A stretch of 64,000 nt of DNA, from the IMG/VR virus record IMGVR_UViG_3300015171_000001, positions 32,001 through 96,000 of that record; one strand, written 5' to 3'. The number at the start of each line of letters is the position of its first letter. The stretch's first letter is position 1. The stretch comes from a virus. Positions 28,369 through 39,500 of the stretch are shown here, piece after piece. The notes beneath the pieces are model-generated. The model was not told where the DNA came from and searched no databases. It saw only the letters and a list, made by a program, of their open reading frames with translations. The position numbers and the translations under genes were made by a program.

Positions 28369-31200
28369 ATGCCTACTGATTTAAGAACTATAACTGCCGA
28401 TATTGTTGATACCGGAACAAATTCCAATTATTTTATTGTTGGAGAATTATCTAACACACTTACTTCTGGAAAAAATGCACTGACATTAAACGGATCTAAT
28501 TTATTATTACCTACTAGTAATATTTATTTTCAGGTATATGATTCCTCTGGAAATTTGTTATATACAGAAATCGCCAGGGGGAGTTCGAATATAAATTATA
28601 GGGAAGGGGTATCTATAATTATTTCTATTTGGGTAGATGATTCTACTGCAATTGGTACTGGAAAATTAATAATTGTTGGGCAAGACACAAATTCTAAAAT
28701 AGTAAAATGGACAAAAAATGTAAATATTAATCCATACCAAATAAATTCCTCAAAAATAAGATTTTATAATACTCCATCGATAGAAGTTGACCCATATCTA
28801 TCAGAAATTATAGTTTTTGATTCATTTTCAGACAATTTTAATTCTGGAACATCTAATACAAAGGCAATTGTTCCAAAACAAAATTTTCCATATTTTTCCT
28901 TCGATTACTTAAGAAACACAATAGATTATAGAGTGTATAATACATCAGGAAATCCATTCGATTCCTTCATGGAAGGTAATGTGATGAATTTCACAAATAT
29001 TAATGGAACTACAGCATCATTCTCTTCTAATGTATTGGAAGTCATTTCTGACTCGGAATTGAAAATAGAATTTCCATATCTAGAAAATAATATAGTAAAA
29101 AGTATAAGTTCATCAAATTGGAATATTTCTTATATACCATACGAAGAATTAAATTCACCACAATTTGTGGAAAAAGAATTGTCGGGGTCTATATTCACAT
29201 ATAAACAATCAGTAGCATATGTGTATTTCAAAAATATAAATACATTCACCGGAAATGTATATAGATTTAAATTATATAGAAAAGGATTAAATTCTAATTT
29301 TGATAGTGAATGTATAGCAGATGACTTAATTACTACAAAAGAAATATTAATAGATGATACTACACCAAATAGATCTTTAGAAAATATCGGGTATTTTTAT
29401 GAAACAGACCATATACAAAAATATTGGTTTACTAGTAGTAATGTATCATATTCATATACTACATTCCCTCTTATTGATAGCATGTTTATTGAAAATTCAT
29501 ACACAGGATCATCTAATATTTTTTCAAGACCATATATTTTATCAAAAGATGATACCACAACAGATTTCAGAAACTCTACATATATTCCTTATGATGCAAC
29601 GCAATCTTCTGCTTTATCTGGAAGTGCATATGATAGTAATTTTTTGAGAATATTTAATGGTGTCGAGTATGTCTTAACAGCAAATATTATTGCAACAAAT
29701 TCGGGAAGTTTTTCTACAGATAATGGAATTTTAGATTTTTATCTAACTGGATCTTTATTAAATAATTCCGTATCTAATCAATATGATGGTTATGGTGTAA
29801 AATTAATGTCAGTAATAGTCCCGAGTGGAACAGGAACAAAATACTTATATCAAGTAAGTAGTTCATTTACATTAAATGAAGATGTAAATTGTGCGCTGGT
29901 TTTATCTCCATATAATGCAAGCTTTTATGTTTCTAAAATATCAATACAACCAAAAGAAAGTTTTTCTTTTTCTCCTCAAATATTTTATATAAAAGTTCCA
30001 TTTCCTATAGATACAAGAAATTCTAGATATGTAATTTCTGCTGAATTGTTTGATGTGAATAGTGACCACGTTCCTATAACATTAGAAACTACTCAAAATT
30101 TTGACCCTCTTGGGGAATCATTATTTATGCCATCGGCAAGTATATCAGAATCTCCTAATTATGTAGTAAATGCAACAAATGCTAGTTTTCAAAGTTTAAC
30201 AGTATATCCAGGATTAACAAATTTATCTAATTTAATTGTTCAAAATATTACTGCAAATGGACAAGTCACATTTAATAATCAAGTCTATATTCCAGGAGGA
30301 AATGCATTATTTACATCAAGTTGGGCCAATAATTCTATAAATTCAATTTCTTCATCATATAGTAGTGTTTCATCTTACACATTAAATTCAATTTCTTCAT
30401 CATATGCATCAAGTTCTACTTTTTCAAATACCGCATCATTTTTATTAGGAACAATTGCATCTGCATCATATGCCACAACGTCTTCTTATTCTAATAATAC
30501 AATTTCATCATCATTTGCATCTAATTCAAATTTTTCAAATACAGCATCTTATGCTTTAAATTCTGGCATTAGCATAATTGCTAGGTCATTCACTTCATCT
30601 GTTACTTATATACCAACTACAGGGACGCGTTATGCTATTATAGAGGGCGTTGGTGGTGGTGGTGGGTCAGCAGGATCTCCTTCTACAAATTCAACAACAA
30701 TAGTAGTCGGTGGTGGTGCTGGAGGAGGTGCTTATTTTAGAAAAGTAGCAACCTCTGCAGAATTAATTTCTGGAGCAGTTATAGTTATTGGAAATGCTGG
30801 ATCGCCAGGTTCTAGTGGAGGCGGTGTGGGTGGTAATGGAGGAAATACAGTTATTACATACAGTTCTGTCACTCTTACAGCGGGAGGTGGGCAAGGTGGT
30901 AGTTATAACAGCATTTCGGTAAACTGGGCTGCAATAGCAGGAAGTCAAGGAGGAGTTGCTACTGGCGGAGATGATAATTTTTCTGGAGGAGTTGGTGGAA
31001 CTGGTGCTGGATATGGAAATCAAGATTCTGGATACGGTGGAAATGGAGGAAGTAGTTTCTTTAGTGGTGGTTCTACAAGCGCAGAACCTGGAAATGGGTA
31101 TGGATCTGGTGCTGGTGGATTATTTATTGGGGTTAGTGGTGCAGCCACTCCTGGACTTATTGGGGGCATTGGTTATGTACGAATTACCGAATTCTTATAA
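28369..31200 (+). CDS. tail-associated/fibre protein with (A/S)SY(A/S) repeats and Gly-rich C-terminal domain
   Basis: Ser/Ala 6-residue repeats at about 30310-30560; GGGGG-rich domain at about 30600-31200. Confidence 0.7.
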   Translation: MPTDLRTITADIVDTGTNSNYFIVGELSNTLTSGKNALTLNGSNLLLPTSNIYFQVYDSSGNLLYTEIARGSSNINYREGVSIIISIWVDDSTAIGTGKLIIVGQDTNSKIVKWTKNVNINPYQINSSKIRFYNTPSIEVDPYLSEIIVFDSFSDNFNSGTSNTKAIVPKQNFPYFSFDYLRNTIDYRVYNTSGNPFDSFMEGNVMNFTNINGTTASFSSNVLEVISDSELKIEFPYLENNIVKSISSSNWNISYIPYEELNSPQFVEKELSGSIFTYKQSVAYVYFKNINTFTGNVYRFKLYRKGLNSNFDSECIADDLITTKEILIDDTTPNRSLENIGYFYETDHIQKYWFTSSNVSYSYTTFPLIDSMFIENSYTGSSNIFSRPYILSKDDTTTDFRNSTYIPYDATQSSALSGSAYDSNFLRIFNGVEYVLTANIIATNSGSFSTDNGILDFYLTGSLLNNSVSNQYDGYGVKLMSVIVPSGTGTKYLYQVSSSFTLNEDVNCALVLSPYNASFYVSKISIQPKESFSFSPQIFYIKVPFPIDTRNSRYVISAELFDVNSDHVPITLETTQNFDPLGESLFMPSASISESPNYVVNATNASFQSLTVYPGLTNLSNLIVQNITANGQVTFNNQVYIPGGNALFTSSWANNSINSISSSYSSVSSYTLNSISSSYASSSTFSNTASFLLGTIASASYATTSSYSNNTISSSFASNSNFSNTASYALNSGISIIARSFTSSVTYIPTTGTRYAIIEGVGGGGGSAGSPSTNSTTIVVGGGAGGGAYFRKVATSAELISGAVIVIGNAGSPGSSGGGVGGNGGNTVITYSSVTLTAGGGQGGSYNSISVNWAAIAGSQGGVATGGDDNFSGGVGGTGAGYGNQDSGYGGNGGSSFFSGGSTSAEPGNGYGSGAGGLFIGVSGAATPGLIGGIGYVRITEFL

Positions 31201-31247
31201 TAAAAAGTGGAATGTAATATATCAATAGTTAATTATATTTATAATAT

Positions 31248-31847
31248 ATGAAAATCAAAATTTCAGAATTAAAATCAATAATACGTGAATGTATTAATGA
31301 GGAAAAACAAGTTTTATACGAAGCAATGACATATGATCAATTAGTACATGCGACTAAATCCAATTGGCCTACTAGATTTGAAAATACAAAAAATGTAATA
31401 ACAGTTCCTCCAAAATTAGTTGTTTTAAAAAGTGGAAATGTTGATTTGCAATTCAATTATAGATCAACAACATCAAAAAGTGGAAATTCTCACTTGGGGC
31501 AAATTATTTTCTTTCCAAATAAAATGAGTGCAATAAATAAATTTGGTAATTGGTGGAAGAAAATAAAAGATCAATTTAATAGATTTATTGGAAAGTCTGT
31601 TCCTCCAAATGTATTAAATAATGATGATTTGAGAAAAATGAATTGTAAATGCACTTGTGATTGCGAAGATTTTTTATATAGAATGGAAGTTGCCAATCAT
31701 AAGAAAGATGCTTCTGATATTAAATATAGCAATGGAAAAGATCCTATAATAAGAAACCCCCAAATGAGACCAGGATTATGTAAACATCTATTGGGAACTT
31801 TAAAATATCTTATAAACAAAAAACCATTAGAATCTGAAATAGATTAA
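31248..31847 (+). CDS. SWIM zinc-finger protein with LKxIIxEC N-terminal motif
   Basis: CTCDCEDF..GLCKHL. Confidence 0.75.
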   Translation: MKIKISELKSIIRECINEEKQVLYEAMTYDQLVHATKSNWPTRFENTKNVITVPPKLVVLKSGNVDLQFNYRSTTSKSGNSHLGQIIFFPNKMSAINKFGNWWKKIKDQFNRFIGKSVPPNVLNNDDLRKMNCKCTCDCEDFLYRMEVANHKKDASDIKYSNGKDPIIRNPQMRPGLCKHLLGTLKYLINKKPLESEID

Positions 31848-31848
31848 T

Positions 31849-32454
31849 ATGAAACTTTCAAAATTAAAAACATTAATAAAAGAATGTATATTGGAAATTA
31901 AAGATTCCCAAAGTAATGTGGAATTATTTAAGAAAAAATATAATATATCTGATAATGACGAAATTTATGATTTATTTAAAAGATTTAATAAAAATCTTCC
32001 TAGATTAACAAACAAAGATATTTTCAAATATTCTTCTTTAAATGATCTTACCTCGGCATTAAATAATACTGAATCAACTATTAGTAAAACACAAAGCAAA
32101 ATAAATATTTCAAAAAATGAAGTTGAAAAAATATTTGATAATGAAGAATGTTTAGTTATTAAACCATTAACTCATAACGCAATTATGAAATATGGAAGTG
32201 GGACAAAATGGTGCATTACTAGTGAAGATGGTGAGCATTATAAACAATATTTGGATCTTGGAATCACTTTTTATTTTATATTATGCAAAAAACTTCTGAC
32301 CACTGATCATTTATATAAAATATGCGTTATTGTTTATCCAAATGATATGCGTAAATATAGAAATTCCTTGGATCAAATTATTGATTTTAATAAAATTTCT
32401 TTTCTAAATTTATCAGAATCAATTTTTAAATCAACTCCACATAAATTACAATAA
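31849..32454 (+). CDS. hypothetical protein with LKxLIxEC N-terminal motif and YGxGTKWCI domain
   Basis: MKLSKLKTLIKECILE; KYGSGTKWCIT. Confidence 0.7.
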   Translation: MKLSKLKTLIKECILEIKDSQSNVELFKKKYNISDNDEIYDLFKRFNKNLPRLTNKDIFKYSSLNDLTSALNNTESTISKTQSKINISKNEVEKIFDNEECLVIKPLTHNAIMKYGSGTKWCITSEDGEHYKQYLDLGITFYFILCKKLLTTDHLYKICVIVYPNDMRKYRNSLDQIIDFNKISFLNLSESIFKSTPHKLQ

Positions 32455-32492
32455 TGCATTTTATTATAATTTCGTATTGATATATAATCTAT

Positions 32493-33104
32493 ATGTCGAT
32501 TAAATATAAAGATTTCTTAAAAGTTGCCGCCAATGATTTTTCTTGTTTTGCACCAAAAGTAGGATGGACTCCAAAAAAAGGAAAAAGAAAAGTTGGAGAT
32601 ATTTGGGAAGATAGAGGTGGAAGAAAGTGGATTCAAAAAAATGGATATGTCGCATCTTATAATGAACAAGCAGACTCTATAAGAGAACAATTAAAAAAAC
32701 TGTGCGGTGTATGTAAAAAAAATATAGATTATGGTTCTAGAAATGATGTCGCAATTTATAAAAGTACTGGTAATTGTTTTGATTGTCAAATTGAATATGA
32801 AACAAAATTGAGATTTGAAGGGAAATATCCATATTATGAGAAAAAAAAGATGACCCAAAATGAATTATCTGAATATTCTGAATTTAAACAAAAAATTAGA
32901 GAAGGATATTATTCCATAAAAAAGAAAGAAGAAAATGTTTTTTATGATATTACCGGCCTAGATAATACATTGTTAAATGAAGACAAATGGTCAACTGTTG
33001 ATTCACAAGCATTAAAAAAGAGTTACATAGAAGATTATAAAATTGTTTGTAAACATATGTATAAATTAAAGAAATACATAAAAGAGTTAGATAAACATTT
33101 GTAA
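32493..33104 (+). CDS. zinc-finger protein upstream of terminase
   Basis: CGVC..CFDC; stop lies 1 nt before terL. Confidence 0.7.
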   Translation: MSIKYKDFLKVAANDFSCFAPKVGWTPKKGKRKVGDIWEDRGGRKWIQKNGYVASYNEQADSIREQLKKLCGVCKKNIDYGSRNDVAIYKSTGNCFDCQIEYETKLRFEGKYPYYEKKKMTQNELSEYSEFKQKIREGYYSIKKKEENVFYDITGLDNTLLNEDKWSTVDSQALKKSYIEDYKIVCKHMYKLKKYIKELDKHL

Positions 33105-33105
33105 T

Positions 33106-36100
33106 ATGAGTTCACATGAACAAGCAATTAAAAATAAAATTAAGGAAGAGTATAGACTGTGTGCTCAAGATCCAATTTATTTCATAAAAAAATACGTTAA
33201 AATAGAACATCCTGGAAAAGGTGTTATCCCATTTGAACTTTTCCCATTTCAAGAAGATGTCCTAAATCAATTTAGAGGTCATAATAAAAATATCGTCTTA
33301 AAAGCAAGACAAATGGGTATATCCACAGTTACTGCCGCTTATTGTTTGTGGTTGATGGTTTTCTTTGATAATAAAAAAATTGTTTGTTTGGCTACAAAAC
33401 AAGATACCGCTAAAGAAATTGTTACCCGTTGTAAATTTGGTTATGAACATTTGCCAAGTTGGTTGAGACCACTTGCTATTGAAAATAATAAACTTTCATT
33501 GGAATTAAAAACTGGTGGGAGAATTGCTGCTGAAACTGCTGCTATTGACTCTGCCAGAGGTAAGGCTCTATCTTTATTAATATTAGATGAAGTTGCATCT
33601 ATGAAGGATGCTGATGAAATATGGACTGCTGCGCAGAGTGCAACGACCCATGGTGGAGGCAGAGCAATATTAATTTCTTGTGTTACCAAAGATACATATG
33701 TTTTTACAAACCAAGGAATAAAACAAGTTAATGATTTTATAAAACACAAAAATATTGGAGGATATAATATTGAAAATTATTCAATATTGGGAAAATCTAA
33801 ACAAAGGACCGGAAATTTGTTCAAAAATAATGGAATTTGCGATACTATAAAAATAAAAACAAAATTTTCTGAGTTAGAAGGAAGTTCTGAGCATAAATTA
33901 TGGGCTTATAAAAAATCGGAACTTAAATTTGGGTGGTATAAATTAAAAGATTTGTCTTTAGAGGATTTTGTTTCAATACAATATGGAATGAACATTTGGG
34001 GGGGGAATGATTTATTAGATTATAAAACAACAAACAGAATTTATAATAAAAATAATTATCATTTCGACAAAATTACTCCCGCTTTAGCATATTTTTTTGG
34101 ATTATATATCTCAGAAGGATATATTAGTAAATCTTGCAATAAGGAAGGAAAATCAACAAGTGCTCGTATACACATATCTTGTGGAGATCCAGAAATTAAA
34201 TGGTGTTTTGAAAAATTAAATATAAAATACCACGTTAGAAATAATTTACAATATACTATAAACTCGAAAAATTTATTAGAATTATTTGAATATGTAGGAT
34301 TTGATATATCAAGAAGAGCGCAAAATAAAATAATTCCCAAAAGATTATTAGAAATGAGCAGAGAAAATATGATATATTTGTTACGAGGGATTTTTGATGG
34401 TGATGGAACTGCTTCAAAAGGTAATGTGTCGATTACATCAACATCTTCTATATTAATTGATCAATTACGAATAATTTTAAATAATTTTGGAATATTATCC
34501 TCCAGATATGTCCAAGACATAACTAAAAAAAATTTAGTTAATAAAAAAAATATTAATCCAAGTAATTTGCACATTAAAGGAAATTATGATAGTCATATAT
34601 TAGAAATTTATGGAAAAAATGCTTTGCAATATTTTAATGAAATTGGTTTTTGTCTAACAAGAAAACAGAATAAAAAAGAATTATTATTAGCACATAATTT
34701 AAATAGATCTTCTACTTCCGACATTATTCCAAATTCTGTTAAACTTGTTAAAGAATTAGTGAGAGTTTCTAATAAAACTACCACTTTTATTTATAAAAAT
34801 AACGATATATTTTTAAATTGTATATGCAACAATATAACAAAATATAAAACAAACAATGTATCAAGAGAACTTGTTTTGAAATTATACGACTTATTTGGAA
34901 AAAATTTATCTATAGAAAATAAAATCGAATATGATAAAATATTGTCCAGTAATTTGTGTTGGGTTAAAATAGATAAAATATTATATGATAGAAAAGAAAC
35001 ATATGATTTTTCTTTGCCGGAAAATGATGACGATTTTTGGTGTCACTCAATAATATATAATGGATTTTTAGGACATCAAACTCCAAAAGGTATAGGCAAT
35101 TTTTATCACAAAATGTGGGTAGACGCAGAAAATGGGGAAAATGGTTTTAATGCAATTAGATTACATTGGAGATTGCATCCAGAATATGATCAGACTTGGA
35201 GAGATGAACAAACAAAAACTCTTGGAGAAAAGGCGGCAAATCAGGAGTGCGAAGGAATATTTTTAGGAACTGGACATACTGTTATAGATGAACAATTTTT
35301 AAAACATTATAGAGAAAATGTAGTAAAAGAACCTATTTCCAAAACACAAGTTGGAGAATCTTTATGGACTTGGAAATATGCAAATTATAGTAAACAATAT
35401 TTAGTATCTGCTGACGTGGCAAGAGGAGATGGAAACGATTTTTCGGCAGCACAAATAATAGATTTAGATAATTTGGAACAAGTTGCTGAATTTAAAGGAA
35501 AAATGCCACCAAAAGAATTTGGAGCATTTTGTATAGGATTGGCAAGTCAATATAATAATGCGGTATTGGTAATAGAAAATAATAGCTTCGGCCATACAAC
35601 AATACAAGAATGCATAGACAGAGAATATCCTAATTTATTTTATTCAACAAATGATTTGCAATTTGTGGATGTTGAAAGAAATATATCAAATAAATTAAAT
35701 AGAGATGATAAAAGATTAATTCCAGGACATACTACAACATCTAAAAATAGAGTTCCAATGATTTCTAAATTGGAAATGGCAATGAGAGAAAAATCAATCA
35801 TAATAAATTCTCAGAGAACTATAGATGAATTGACTACTTTTATTTGGAATAATGGAAAACCAGAAGCTATGCGCTCTTATAATGACGACTTAATCATGTC
35901 ATTGTGTATAGCACTATGGATTAGAGACACAGCGATAAGACTTAAAGTAGAAAAAATTTCCCTTCAAAAAGAATTATTATTACATATGGGGAAAACTAAA
36001 CTTAATAACGAAAGACCTAGACAAGATAATTATAGTACCGCAGATAAAACTACTTCGGGAACACAAATATATAGTATCGGCGTTATGAATAAAAAAGAAA

Positions 36101-36159
36101 ATCCATATATCTATAAAATGGGAAATGGACATACAGAAGATTTTAAGTGGTTATTATAA
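33106..36159 (+). CDS. terL: terminase large subunit (gp17-like) with one intein
   Basis: KARQMGIST Walker A, LLILDEVA Walker B, IS|TPKG motif split by the intein, ADVARG, NDDLIMS. Confidence 0.95.
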   Translation: MSSHEQAIKNKIKEEYRLCAQDPIYFIKKYVKIEHPGKGVIPFELFPFQEDVLNQFRGHNKNIVLKARQMGISTVTAAYCLWLMVFFDNKKIVCLATKQDTAKEIVTRCKFGYEHLPSWLRPLAIENNKLSLELKTGGRIAAETAAIDSARGKALSLLILDEVASMKDADEIWTAAQSATTHGGGRAILISCVTKDTYVFTNQGIKQVNDFIKHKNIGGYNIENYSILGKSKQRTGNLFKNNGICDTIKIKTKFSELEGSSEHKLWAYKKSELKFGWYKLKDLSLEDFVSIQYGMNIWGGNDLLDYKTTNRIYNKNNYHFDKITPALAYFFGLYISEGYISKSCNKEGKSTSARIHISCGDPEIKWCFEKLNIKYHVRNNLQYTINSKNLLELFEYVGFDISRRAQNKIIPKRLLEMSRENMIYLLRGIFDGDGTASKGNVSITSTSSILIDQLRIILNNFGILSSRYVQDITKKNLVNKKNINPSNLHIKGNYDSHILEIYGKNALQYFNEIGFCLTRKQNKKELLLAHNLNRSSTSDIIPNSVKLVKELVRVSNKTTTFIYKNNDIFLNCICNNITKYKTNNVSRELVLKLYDLFGKNLSIENKIEYDKILSSNLCWVKIDKILYDRKETYDFSLPENDDDFWCHSIIYNGFLGHQTPKGIGNFYHKMWVDAENGENGFNAIRLHWRLHPEYDQTWRDEQTKTLGEKAANQECEGIFLGTGHTVIDEQFLKHYRENVVKEPISKTQVGESLWTWKYANYSKQYLVSADVARGDGNDFSAAQIIDLDNLEQVAEFKGKMPPKEFGAFCIGLASQYNNAVLVIENNSFGHTTIQECIDREYPNLFYSTNDLQFVDVERNISNKLNRDDKRLIPGHTTTSKNRVPMISKLEMAMREKSIIINSQRTIDELTTFIWNNGKPEAMRSYNDDLIMSLCIALWIRDTAIRLKVEKISLQKELLLHMGKTKLNNERPRQDNYSTADKTTSGTQIYSIGVMNKKENPYIYKMGNGHTEDFKWLL
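33679..35079 (+). mobile_element. intein (467 aa, LAGLIDADG) in terminase
   Basis: Starts CVTKDT, contains GLYISEG and LRGIFDGDG, ends GHQ|T. Confidence 0.92.
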
Positions 36160-36194
36160 AGGTTTTACAAAAAATTTCTCGATATATATACTAC

Positions 36195-36584
36195 ATGTCT
36201 ATTTTTCAATTAAAAAAACTAATTAATGAACAACTTTCCCTCTTATCTGAGGACTTTGATCCAAATACCTACGCAGCTAATGAAAAATCTGCATCAGATC
36301 AAAAAACACAAAGAGCATCAGATATAAATAAAAAATTGGCAACTGAAAAAGATCCTCTAAATAAATTAAAATTACAAAAGGCTTACGCTCTTGCGATGAG
36401 TGATAAGTCAGAAGCAGATTCTAAATTTAATAAAAAATTGTCAGAAGGTTATAAAAAATCAGCATCAGATACAGATAATCAAATAAAAATGTATAATATC
36501 AAATTGCAACAACAAAAAAATAATCCCCAAAATAATAGCCCCGATAATCAACCAAATCAAAATAATAACAATCCAAATTCATAA
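36195..36584 (+). CDS. hypothetical protein, Q/N-rich tail (start revised to 36195)
   Basis: ATG 36195 MSIFQLKKLINEQL avoids overlap with terL. Confidence 0.65.
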   Translation: MSIFQLKKLINEQLSLLSEDFDPNTYAANEKSASDQKTQRASDINKKLATEKDPLNKLKLQKAYALAMSDKSEADSKFNKKLSEGYKKSASDTDNQIKMYNIKLQQQKNNPQNNSPDNQPNQNNNNPNS

Positions 36585-36587
36585 GTT

Positions 36588-39500
36588 ATGGCAGAAAAAT
36601 CAATATTCGCAGCACTTAAAAAAATATTCTCAAATGATGTCATCGTTCGTAATGTCGGTGGTAAAAAATTAAAAATAGTAGATCCTTCTAATGTTCAATA
36701 TGCTCCAGATGCTAATTCATTAAAAGATCGTTTTAATAGATTAAGATCTTCTAATTACGGAATATATTCTAGAGATATGATCATGTCATATCAATCAGCT
36801 AGAATTGAACTTTTTCGTGATTATGATTGTGTTTCTGGAGATACAATTATTCCTCTTCCTGATGGAACTAAACCAACTATAAAGGAACTGGCGGAGAAAT
36901 ATAAATATTTGCCACAAGAAAAATTTTATGTGTATTCATATGATCACGAAACAGATTCTATTAAATTAGGAAATGCTTTTCATCCCAGATCTAAAGGAAT
37001 TAAGCCAACATTCAAAGTAATATTAGATAATGATGAACATATTATTGGAACAGAAGATCATTTATTTCTTTGTAAAAATGGAGAATATAAAAAATTAAAA
37101 GAGTTAACAACAGGAGAATCTTTAATGCCATTTTATCAAAAAGATTTTTATGATAAAGGATATAGACATTTATACAATTTTTCTAAAGGATGGCAACCAG
37201 AACATAATGTTGTAGCAGAACAATTTTATAATAGACCCGTTTCAGAAAATGAAGTTGTACATCACAAAAATTTTAAACCATTTTGTAATTTTCCAGAAAA
37301 TTTGCAAATAATGGATAAAAAAGCTCATAGACAATTTCACATGGATCTAAATAATAAAAAAATATGGAGCCCAGAAAATTATGAAAAGCAATGCGAAATT
37401 ATAAGAGAAGCTGTTAAAAAAAGACCCATTTATTCTTGGAATGGAAAAAGAAAAGGAGAAAATAATCCCTTTTTTGGCAAAAAACATTCCGAAAATAGTA
37501 ATTTGATTAGATCTAAAAAATTAAAAGAATTTTCAAAAACCAGAAATTATACTTCAGAAAAAAATCCAAATTTTAATTCTAATATAACATTTGATTTAAT
37601 AAAAAACTTTTGTATTGATTTTTATAAAAATAACGGGGAATTTATAACAAGAAAAGAAATTAGAAAAGAATTGTCTTGCGATGAATCTATCATAACAAAT
37701 AGATTGAAAAATAACAATTATGATTGGAACAAATTTAAAAAAGAAATAATTTATACATTAAATCACAAAGTAAAATCAATTGAATATTATGGAGAAATTG
37801 AAGTATTTGATATTTCTGTTGAAAAGTATAACAACTTCGCTACCAACAACTTATTCTTACATAATTGTATGGACCTCGATCCAATCTTGGCGGCGGCACT
37901 AGATATATTTTCGGACGAAAGTCTAACAGAAAATGAATTTGGAAAAATTCTTTCTATTAAATCAGATGATGAGAATATTAAAGATATTCTTCATAATTTA
38001 TTTTATGATATTTTAAATATTGAATTTAATTTGTGGAGTTGGGTTAGAAATATGGTTAAGATGGGAGATTTTTTCTTAAAACTTGATATATCGAGTGAAT
38101 ATGGTGTCTTCATGGTTCACCCATTAAGTTCATATGAAGTTAGCCGAATAGAAACTATTGATGATAACGGAAATATCGTTTATAAGTTTAGACATGATGG
38201 TTCTAGAGGTCAGGGTGAGTTGGAAAATTATGAAGTGGCACATTTTAGATTACTTTCTGACACAAATTTTTTGCCTTATGGACGATCTATGTTAGAGGGC
38301 GCAAGAAGAACATGGAAACAACTTTGTTTACATTCTAATTCAAACATATGGACATCCAATGGATATAAAAAGATAAAAGACATAGAAATTGGAGATATTG
38401 TTTATTCATATGATTATAAAACATGCAAAACAATTCCAACTAAAGTCAAAAATTGTTTAAAAACAGGAAACAAAAAAACATACAAATTAAAAACAAGAAC
38501 TAGAGAATTAATATTAACAGGAGAACATCCGGTTTTAGTTAAGGATGTAGAAAATAATTATTCTTATAAAAAAGCAAAAGAATTAACAAAAAAAGACTAT
38601 ATTATTATTCCTACTATTGAAGATAATTTTGAGGAAAATAAAAAAATATTAATAAATAATACAAATTATTGTGTTAAATTAAATGATTTGGGAATAAATT
38701 ATGTTAAAAATACTATAAATTCCGTAGGAATTATTAAAAGAATTAAAGATTTAAATGTAAACCACAACTTTAAACAAATCCATGCATTTTTACAAGGAGA
38801 TAAAACATTACCTATAATTATTTTTAATAAAATAAAAGAAGAATTTAAAATAAATTATTCTCATATAAATTATCATATTGTTGGAAGTAAAAGAAATAGT
38901 ATATTAAATAAAGATTTTAATTTCGTCTTAACTAAAGAATTTGTTAGATTTTTTGGATTTATGTTAGGAGATGGTTGGACAAAAAATAATAATGTTTCAT
39001 TTGCAAGAGGAATTTATGATAATAAAAATGATTTTTATACAAATATATTAAAAAACTATTGTGAATCGGTCACAGTAAAAATCGGAACAAAGACAAGACC
39101 AAATTATCCAGGAAGTGTTAATGGATATTCAAAAGAATTATCTCATATATTTAATGAACTAGGATTCAAAACTGGATTTCAAAATAAAGAAATTCCTAAT
39201 TGGGTTTGGAATTTAAGCAAAGAACACAAAAAAGAATTTATAAAAGGGTTATTTGATGCCGATGGTTCTTGGAAGTGGGGTATTATTGGATTATCAAATG
39301 AAAAATTAATAACTCAATATAAAATATTATGTCAACAAACAGGCATAATGTGTAATGAAGTTAAATTGTGTGGCAATCGATCCGAACCAAAAACAGACAA
39401 ATTTGGGGTGACTAGGCAACCAACTTATAAATTATATGTTAATTTTAATAATGAATTTAATTTAGATTTTCAAAAAGTTTGTAGTGTGGATGAGTTTGAA

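Noticed and set aside
30600-31200. GC-richer segment as a foreign insertion or RNA gene
   Set aside because: Explained by Gly codons of the in-frame glycine-rich domain
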